Below, one piece after another: positions 1-5,679 of a DNA stretch of 5,795 nt. Under the pieces are notes generated by a model. The model was not told the DNA's origin and did not search any database. It saw nothing but the letters and a program-made list of their open reading frames with translations. Within the stretch, counting starts at the first letter, position 1. Each line of letters opens with the position of its first letter. The position numbers and the translations under genes are program-made. Location of the stretch: positions 1 to 5,795 of the IMG/VR virus record IMGVR_UViG_3300026877_000103; one strand, written 5' to 3'.

Positions 1-1017
1 ACAATTAATGACCTCTATGGCAAGATAGTAGGTATTCACGGAAATAAATTGATAATGGAGGTACTTGATTTCAATAACGGTTTGGAGGATCTACGCAATC
101 ATACGTTAAGGTTCGTAGGAAACCCGCAGGAGAGAATAGATGAGGATCCGCTTAGGATACTGAGGGGGATAAGGTTTATCCTTTACGGCTATAAAATGCC
201 CCCAGACCAATTAGAAATTATGAAGAAGAATGTTGATAAGCTGGGTGGGTTACCTATAGAGAGAATAAGGGATGAGATACTGAAAATACTAAAGGTTAAC
301 CCTGCGGAGGGGTTTGAACTACTTGACGAGTTCGGTCTGTTAAAATATCTCTATGGAGAACATTACGAGGCATTAATGAATACCTATCACGATTACAGGG
401 GTTCACACCACGGTGAGAACGTCATAGAACATACATATGAGGCGTTAAAGAGACTTAGAAACCCAGACATTGAAACAATATTAGCAGTAATTTACCACGA
501 CGTGGGCAAACCTTATACTATGAGCGAAAAGAACGGAAAAATAATGTTCATAGGTCATGCTAATAAGAGTGCAGAAATTGCAAAAGAATTAATGAAGAGG
601 CTAAAGTTACCTAACAACCTAATAAAGGACGTTACTAACTTAATAGAAATGCATATGGACTTCAATCTAGCACAGAATAACGAGAAGAACCAGGCACAAT
701 TAATTACTAAGTTAATGCCGTTATATGATTGGAACCCTGAGAAAGTAAGAGAGATATATAATAAACTAATAGAGCTATCTCACGCGGATACAGGGAGTGA
801 GAATATACTCAACATGTCCAACAGGATAACAAAACCGATTGTAACAGGAGAAGACATAATAAACACTTTTGGTGTGAGCGGAAACATAGTGATGCATTTG
901 AAGGAGAGAGCATATACTCTGCAACTGCTAGGGTACGATAAAGACGAGATAATGAGGATGTTGAAGGGTGATAACAAATTATACGAGTTTAGGAAGCTGT
1001 TAGAAAATTGGAGCTGA
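1..1017 (+). CDS. cca: Class II CCA tRNA nucleotidyltransferase / poly(A) polymerase family protein with HD phosphohydrolase domain (5'-truncated by window edge)
   Basis: Frame 1 is open from base 1 (TINDLYGKIVGIHGNKLIMEVLDFNNGLEDL...). TIN matches the tail of the RRDFTIN motif, so the real start is upstream of the window. Class II motifs follow: DxxxGxxDL, LRFVGNPQERIDEDPLRILRGIRF (EDxxR template motif at 142-156) and ERIRDE. HD-domain residues: EHT, YHDVGKP (HD at 496-501), FIGHA, EMHM, HAD. The C-terminal PIVTGEDI is typical of these enzymes. Stop TGA at 1015-1017. CCA versus CC/A/poly(A) specificity cannot be settled without the N-terminus. Confidence 0.88.
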   Translation, partial: TINDLYGKIVGIHGNKLIMEVLDFNNGLEDLRNHTLRFVGNPQERIDEDPLRILRGIRFILYGYKMPPDQLEIMKKNVDKLGGLPIERIRDEILKILKVNPAEGFELLDEFGLLKYLYGEHYEALMNTYHDYRGSHHGENVIEHTYEALKRLRNPDIETILAVIYHDVGKPYTMSEKNGKIMFIGHANKSAEIAKELMKRLKLPNNLIKDVTNLIEMHMDFNLAQNNEKNQAQLITKLMPLYDWNPEKVREIYNKLIELSHADTGSENILNMSNRITKPIVTGEDIINTFGVSGNIVMHLKERAYTLQLLGYDKDEIMRMLKGDNKLYEFRKLLENWS

Positions 1018-1027
1018 AGAGCATTAT

Positions 1028-1085
1028 CTGACTTCCTCCCCGCCCTGGAAGGGCGAGGCTTTCCGCTTCCTTAACCCCTTTCTTT
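1028..1085 (-). mobile_element. Minimal IS200/IS605-family remnant: left-end/right-end hybrid around a single hairpin, no transposase
   Basis: The minus strand reads TTAC|AAAGAAAGGGGTTAAGGAAGCGG-AAAG-CCTCGCCCT-TCC-AGGGCGGGG-AGGAAGTCAG|. This matches IS608 architecture: TTAC target 5' of the left end (1086-1089), AAAG guide at the hairpin foot (1059-1062), an imperfect 9-bp GC-rich hairpin (1038-1058), and a 10-nt tail ending TCAG (IS608 right end ends TCAA). Confidence 0.72.
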
Positions 1086-1094
1086 GTAAGTTCG

Positions 1095-1101
1095 AAAAAA
1101 A
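1095..1101 (-). terminator. Archaeal oligo-T terminator of the 81-aa gene
   Basis: T7 run on the minus strand (A7 on +) begins 9 nt after the TAA stop at 1111-1113. Confidence 0.5.
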
Positions 1102-1110
1102 GAATTTATC

Positions 1111-1356
1111 TTACATTGTGTTTTTGTTTAGTTTTTTGGATAGTTCGTCCAAAAGACGTTTATCCATCAGTAAAATGTCTGTAATGTCATCAATATATTC
1201 GTTCACTATGTCTTCTAGATCAGTACGATCAAACTCCACATCATCAACGTCAACGTCAACATAATCTTTGAAGTCGTTGCATATGATCCCTTCTTGCTTA
1301 TCGCAATCACAATTGTCCTCTAATCTACTATATTTTATGAACACTGGTACTTTCAT
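1111..1356 (-). CDS. Small highly acidic hypothetical protein (81 aa)
   Basis: ATG start preceded by a GTGAG SD-like element and a TATA box (TTTATATA, 1389-1396), with an oligo-T terminator downstream. It fills the gap between larger genes. 23 D/E versus 11 K/R, and three Cys (CDC..C). No family recognised. Confidence 0.75.
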   Translation of the reverse strand: MKVPVFIKYSRLEDNCDCDKQEGIICNDFKDYVDVDVDDVEFDRTDLEDIVNEYIDDITDILLMDKRLLDELSKKLNKNTM

Positions 1357-1375
1357 TTAGCTCACACTATAATAC

Positions 1376-1415
1376 TATCAAAAACTGGTATATAAACCTC
1401 AAACAGCTGTTTGTG
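1376..1415 (-). promoter_or_regulatory. Archaeal promoter of the 81-aa gene with palindromic operator-like site
   Basis: Minus strand: CACAAACAGCTGTTTGAG-G-TTTATATA-CCAGTTTTTGATA. A perfect 14-bp palindrome CAAACAGCTGTTTG (1400-1413) sits just upstream of the TATA box, over the BRE position. Confidence 0.6.
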
Positions 1416-1431
1416 AGAGCGGAATACGGGT

Positions 1432-1465
1432 CTGATCCCCCTGGGAGGGTGAGGTTTCCCGCTCA
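1432..1465 (-). mobile_element. Second, degenerate IS200/IS605-like end
   Basis: Minus strand TGAGCGGGAAACCTCACCCTCCCAGGGGGATCAG aligns with GAAGCGGAAAGCCTCGCCCTTCCAGGGCGGGGAGGAAGTCAG of the 1028-1085 element in the same orientation, with a deletion in the 3' hairpin arm/tail. It is a GC-rich island in AT-rich DNA. Confidence 0.5.
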
Positions 1466-2131
1466 TTAACTTCCATTTAAAACTACGGAAAATATCGTAG
1501 TGTTTTGTGCATATATAACTAGAGTATTATCACATATGTACGATTTTACTTCTCCACCATCATGTGCCACTATTATGCTTCCATTTATTGGGTAGTATAA
1601 TGTCTGTTCTATCAGTGCTGTTCCATTTATTGTGATTTTTCCTTTTTGCACTGTTATATGCCCGTTATATAGTATCTGCCAGCCGTATTCCGATACACCA
1701 TACGATGAGTTGTATATTACAGTAAAACTAGGATTTACGATAGGATATACCGTACCTGCAGGAGCGAATCCGCTTATAGATAAGACAGCAGTTTGAGTAC
1801 TGTACAGGTAGAATGTAATTACATAGGGAGAGTTTTGTGAAATGGCAACAGTAGGATCTGGTGCCGTAACGTTTACTATAACATATTCGTGCGGTTTTAG
1901 GATTATTATGTTTTGGTACCAACGATGACTGTTAATTACCGGCACCAATACATATGTTTTATTGGTAGGGTTTTGTATGCATATCGTTAGCACGTTGTAC
2001 TTATTTATTTCTCCTACGTCGTAGAAATCCAGTACCTTTGCATGCAATTGTGGTTGATAGAAAAAAATAGAAAACGTGAAAAGGGATGGTATTATAACTG
2101 CTAAAATTAGTATGATTTCAAACTTTTGCAT
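1466..2131 (-). CDS. Membrane-anchored, beta-rich exported protein, probable glycoprotein (221 aa)
   Basis: N-terminal hydrophobic anchor (IILILAVIIPSLFTFSIFFY). The rest is rich in V/I/Y/T/N, with seven N-X-S/T sequons (NKT, NVT, NSS, NGT, NGS, NTT and a terminal NGS). The start overlaps the upstream gene by 14 bp and has a GGATGA SD-like element. Confidence 0.8.
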   Translation of the reverse strand: MQKFEIILILAVIIPSLFTFSIFFYQPQLHAKVLDFYDVGEINKYNVLTICIQNPTNKTYVLVPVINSHRWYQNIIILKPHEYVIVNVTAPDPTVAISQNSPYVITFYLYSTQTAVLSISGFAPAGTVYPIVNPSFTVIYNSSYGVSEYGWQILYNGHITVQKGKITINGTALIEQTLYYPINGSIIVAHDGGEVKSYICDNTLVIYAQNTTIFSVVLNGS

Positions 2132-3167
2132 CTTTCATCATCCATACTGCATATTGTAATGCAAAATAAAATGTAAAATATCCCAAATCTCTAAAAGAGA
2201 ATATCCATATTAACGCCGGAAGACCCCAAGCTAATTCTTTCTTATTATTATATAGTAGGATTAATGCAAAAAGAGACACCTCAAGTACGGTATACACGAA
2301 CGAGGGGATAGGTAAGCCGAACGCAGTAAGGAGTGAAAACGAAACGCCCTGCTGTGCAACAGGTTGTGTAATAGTTATAACGGACGCAAGGTATTGCTTT
2401 GAAATGAAGGGTATTGATGAGAGCAGTAGCGGTAACGCGAATTCTATTATCTTTCTAAGTTTCTGTCTTTCAAATTTAATTAGAAGAATAGCTATCAGTA
2501 TCGCAAACTGCTTTACGTCTGCAGAGATTCCTAGGAGCAGGTATCTGAATCTCTCATTAAGTAGGGCAAGAAACGCAATAGAATATGCAAAAAGGTTCAG
2601 TTCTTGCCCTGTCGCAAAATCATATGAAAGTGCAGGAAATAGGAAAAAAGATGCGATGAAAGCGTTTTCGTGTCTTTTGAGGAAGGAATACGTAAAAGCT
2701 AAAACAGCTGTTATTACGTTTACTGTTTCAAGGTTATGCAAAACCGCAACGCTGATGAACGATAATGGGGGGTAAATATAGACGGTCGGCAGAAATGAGT
2801 TTGACGTAGTGCCGGTAACAACGTTATACGGAACGTGATATATGAAAAATGCTTTAGTCATTGAATAAAGGTACGGGTTTTTTCCGTCGAGGAATAAGTG
2901 TGACGCGTATAATATTGTTGCTTCTTCATCCGTTAGGATAGGTAATCCTGTGATTATATTCACCACAGCTGTAATAGTAGCAATAGCAAAAGCCGAAACA
3001 ATGAGTATTCTTTGCCTTACGAATATAGAGATCATGCCTAAAGCAACAACGAGAAATGCTGTAGGCAATAAATACGGTTTTCCGTCACCTAAAAACGCTG
3101 ATCCCATGCTAACTAAACCCAGCCCTGCCAAAAACCATGATATATTATCTTTCAATTTTTCTTCCAT
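2118..3167 (-). CDS. Polytopic membrane protein, GT-C fold glycosyltransferase-like (GT87/DUF2029-type) (349 aa)
   Basis: Many predicted TM segments. An acidic TDEE motif lies in the first large loop, followed by GKNPY, YIYPPLSF and a later VKQF. This motif order is characteristic of GT87-like lipid-phosphate-sugar-dependent transferases. CDS reality is highly likely, the family call is moderate. Confidence 0.68.
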   Translation of the reverse strand: MEEKLKDNISWFLAGLGLVSMGSAFLGDGKPYLLPTAFLVVALGMISIFVRQRILIVSAFAIATITAVVNIITGLPILTDEEATILYASHLFLDGKNPYLYSMTKAFFIYHVPYNVVTGTTSNSFLPTVYIYPPLSFISVAVLHNLETVNVITAVLAFTYSFLKRHENAFIASFFLFPALSYDFATGQELNLFAYSIAFLALLNERFRYLLLGISADVKQFAILIAILLIKFERQKLRKIIEFALPLLLSSIPFISKQYLASVITITQPVAQQGVSFSLLTAFGLPIPSFVYTVLEVSLFALILLYNNKKELAWGLPALIWIFSFRDLGYFTFYFALQYAVWMMKDAKV

Positions 3168-3176
3168 AACCGACGC

Positions 3177-3827
3177 CTACAACCTATCGGTACTTATGGG
3201 GGTAATGCCTAACGTCTGTGCTATTTCGAGTGGAGACAGCATTTCTACTCTCATTTTCGATGTGCTTACTCCTGCAACTTCCATGATACTCCTTTCAAAC
3301 GCTAACAAAAGTAACACTACTAGTTTATGTGCCTCATTGAGCTTAGCTATTATATCATCATAATTTGCATCGCTTGATATCAAACTATGAAGCTCTGAAA
3401 ACTTTTCAGACAATTCGTCAATGGAAAGACTTGAAAACCTATCCGTCAAAATCGATAATAAAATCTGGAAATTATCATCTACGTTATATGGGGTGCCGTA
3501 GAACTGCAGAGACCCGCTCTTAAGATCTTTTGTTAAAATCAATACGTAATTGTTTAGGATTTCTTGCACAGTTGTTATTTTGATGGCTTCTTTTTGGGTC
3601 ACCTGCCTTGTAGGGATTATAGCTTTTTCCCTGATTGCTTGCCTGACCAGGTTTGGGTCAACTTTTACAATATTTCTTCGTCCAAGTGGTGATAATTGAG
3701 GTTGTTGTTGGGTTTGTTGTATTTGTGGAAATAGTTGCGGTGGTGCAGGCGTTGCCGTGTTTGCAGGTATTTCATATGTGGGTTCTTGTTGCTGTTGTTG
3801 TTTTTTATTGGAGTTATTTAGGCTCAT
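3177..3827 (-). CDS. Hypothetical protein with Q/P-rich low-complexity N-terminus and helical C-terminal domain (216 aa)
   Basis: ATG lies 24 nt downstream of the TATA box TTTTTAAA (3852-3859, minus), a leaderless geometry. The stop is 9 nt before the next ATG, making it the first gene of the operon. The N-terminus contains KKQQQQQEP and QIQQTQQQPQ. Confidence 0.8.
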   Translation of the reverse strand: MSLNNSNKKQQQQQEPTYEIPANTATPAPPQLFPQIQQTQQQPQLSPLGRRNIVKVDPNLVRQAIREKAIIPTRQVTQKEAIKITTVQEILNNYVLILTKDLKSGSLQFYGTPYNVDDNFQILLSILTDRFSSLSIDELSEKFSELHSLISSDANYDDIIAKLNEAHKLVVLLLLAFERSIMEVAGVSTSKMRVEMLSPLEIAQTLGITPISTDRL

Positions 3828-3925
3828 GATAATTTCTTTCCCCAGAAGTCATTTAAAAAGCTGGTTTTAAGGCTCAAACAGATGTTTGAGGAAAATTTTT
3901 AAGTTTCTGATGTTAGATGTTTTTT
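3828..3925. promoter_or_regulatory. Divergent archaeal promoter pair with central palindrome
   Basis: Minus-strand TATA TTTTTAAA at 3852-3859. Plus-strand GAAAA-TTTTTAAG (purine-rich BRE plus TATA) at 3891-3903. The inverted repeat CTCAAACA-GA-TGTTTGAG at 3873-3890 lies between them. Confidence 0.68.
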
Positions 3926-5674
3926 ATGCAATTACAAGAACAAGAAAAGAACAGTGAGATTTTGTCGTCTTCTGCTGATGTTTCTACTATTGCAAGACGT
4001 TTGAAGGACGAGTTAGATAAATATGTTGTCGGAAATGAAGACGTCAAAACAGCTGTAATAACAGGACTTCTGACAGGGTTTCCTACCCTGCTCATCGGAG
4101 ACCCAGGGACTGCAAAAACGTATACTATCGAGATCTTATCAAAAATGATCGATGGGGTTAAACCAGAAGAGCTTTTTATAGTACTCGCTCACGAGGCAAT
4201 GACACCAGAAGACATTTTTGGAAATACAAACCTAAAAAAATTGAGAGAAGAAGGAGTACTAGAATATATTACTGAAGGCTTCTTGCCTTCTGCTAAATTA
4301 GTTTTCATAGATGAGATTTTCAAGAGCAACAAAGTCCTTGCCGAATCGCTGTTTAGAGCGATTAACGAAAAGAAGTTCAGAAATGGAAGTAAAGAGATCT
4401 CGTTACCATGGCTAGCGTTCTTTTCTGCGTCAAACGAGGTGAGGGTGAATACACAAGCGGACAGAGCATTCCTCGATAGGTTCAAGATATTCGCTACGGT
4501 TCTTTCGCCTAACTTGGAAGACATACAAGATCTCAAATCAACCGCGGAAAGGTATTATAAAGTTCTTACGGCAACTAAGCCTGCTTTCATCCCAATTGTA
4601 ACGAGTTATGACGAAGTTAAAAAAATACAGGATAAAATTCTTTCAGATTACTCCAAATACACAACACAAGATATTGTACTCGAAGCGGTGAAGCAGGCTA
4701 ACCTCATCCTGGGTGCAATAGCACAGGCTTTGCAAAACCCAAGAGCGTTTGGTGATTCCGGAATTGTAAGGTCGTACTTCAAATCGATGGGCGGATATCT
4801 GACAATCAGCGAGAGAAAATTCAAAAGTATAATGCAAGTCGCTAACGCGTTACGTGAAATGTTCGGCAATTCAACAATTACACCAGTGCATACTGCATTA
4901 GCGTTCTATCTTACAATTCCATTCACACCAGAGCTAAAGAATATAGTATCCCCTCTAGTCTCGTCATTGATCAAATCGTATTTCAACACAAATACATCGA
5001 ATAAGTCTTCTATTGATATTAATAGCTTGGTAAAAAGTATTTCCAAAACAGCAGAGAAAATCTTCACGGACGAAAACCTAAATAAGTTACTAGACGAAAC
5101 GTCGGCTTACGCTGTAGATGTTATTACTAAATCATTTCCAGCGTCGTCACCCGATTTAGCAAAAGATAGAGCAGATCTTGTTAAGAAATTTTTGGAGGTA
5201 ACAAATAGTACTGGTGACACACTGTATAAGTTGAATAATTTTATAAAAGCTGTAGGTACCTTAAACGATATTGCAACTAGGTACGCCAATAATATTAAAA
5301 TTAGGACTTTAGCACAGAAACTGCTTCAAAGTGTTGTATCTACTGTCTCTGACAAGATAGATATAGATCGTATAAAAGCTAATGCGATGACCGAGCTTGA
5401 TAAAACTTATAACAAGATAAAAGCTGAAATTGAAAGTAAATTTAACGAACTAATGAAACTAGGAGAGAGCGACGAGAACAGTAAACTCATCTCTGGGATA
5501 CAAAAATTCTTCCCGCAATTTTCTAACGCATTACCAGAAGCAGTGGTAAACCAAGAGCAAAAAGAAGTAATAATGAAGAGTCTTGACAATACTATAGGTG
5601 AAGTAAGGACTAAAATACTAGATTTCATAGACACATTAGAAAAAACTAAGAAGATACTTTCGCAAATTAAGTGA
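3926..5674 (+). CDS. MoxR-family (RavA-like) AAA+ ATPase with long helical C-terminal extension; resembles bicaudavirus ATPases of the ATV p618 type
   Basis: YVVGNEDV N-linker, Walker A GDPGTAKT (4097-4120), TPEDIFG, GFLPSA, Walker B LVFIDEIFK, sensor I SASNE, Arg finger AFLDRF and sensor II-like ISERK. The ORF track starts at 3917, but ATG 3926 is 22 nt after the TATA box and fits a leaderless start better (582 aa). Confidence 0.88.
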   Translation: MQLQEQEKNSEILSSSADVSTIARRLKDELDKYVVGNEDVKTAVITGLLTGFPTLLIGDPGTAKTYTIEILSKMIDGVKPEELFIVLAHEAMTPEDIFGNTNLKKLREEGVLEYITEGFLPSAKLVFIDEIFKSNKVLAESLFRAINEKKFRNGSKEISLPWLAFFSASNEVRVNTQADRAFLDRFKIFATVLSPNLEDIQDLKSTAERYYKVLTATKPAFIPIVTSYDEVKKIQDKILSDYSKYTTQDIVLEAVKQANLILGAIAQALQNPRAFGDSGIVRSYFKSMGGYLTISERKFKSIMQVANALREMFGNSTITPVHTALAFYLTIPFTPELKNIVSPLVSSLIKSYFNTNTSNKSSIDINSLVKSISKTAEKIFTDENLNKLLDETSAYAVDVITKSFPASSPDLAKDRADLVKKFLEVTNSTGDTLYKLNNFIKAVGTLNDIATRYANNIKIRTLAQKLLQSVVSTVSDKIDIDRIKANAMTELDKTYNKIKAEIESKFNELMKLGESDENSKLISGIQKFFPQFSNALPEAVVNQEQKEVIMKSLDNTIGEVRTKILDFIDTLEKTKKILSQIK

Positions 5675-5679
5675 GAGTT

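Noticed and set aside
49-51. TTG start proposed by the ORF track for the nucleotidyltransferase
   Set aside because: The frame is open from base 1 and encodes the TIN motif tail. The catalytic head domain must lie upstream, so the gene is truncated by the window.
780-977. 65-aa minus-strand ORF
   Set aside because: Antisense shadow of the well-supported nucleotidyltransferase, with no motifs.
1244-1260. Hexamer tandem repeat (TCAACG)x~3
   Set aside because: It simply encodes VDVDVD in the acidic protein and is too short to be an independent feature.
1028-1465. The two GC-rich related motifs as a CRISPR or mini-CRISPR array, or as tRNA-like genes
   Set aside because: There are only two divergent copies about 400 bp apart, with no repeat-spacer periodicity, no cloverleaf and no T-loop consensus. 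IS200/IS605 end architecture explains them better.
1728-1922. 64-aa minus-strand ORF nested in the 221-aa gene
   Set aside because: Out-of-frame nested ORF with no promoter, SD or recognisable features.
2118-2140. Programmed frameshift fusing the 349-aa and 221-aa ORFs
   Set aside because: The downstream frame has tandem TGA stops just before its ATG, an SD-like GGATGA is present, and there is no canonical slippery heptamer. Translational coupling is the simpler explanation.
2701-2712. Partial operator-like AAACAGCTGT cores here and near 4047-4056
   Set aside because: They lie inside coding sequence, lack the outer CTC/GAG arms and have no adjacent TATA. They are probably chance matches, though weak secondary sites cannot be excluded.
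2404-3363. Plus-strand ORFs of 123 aa and 137 aa
   Set aside because: Antisense shadows of the minus-strand operon genes.
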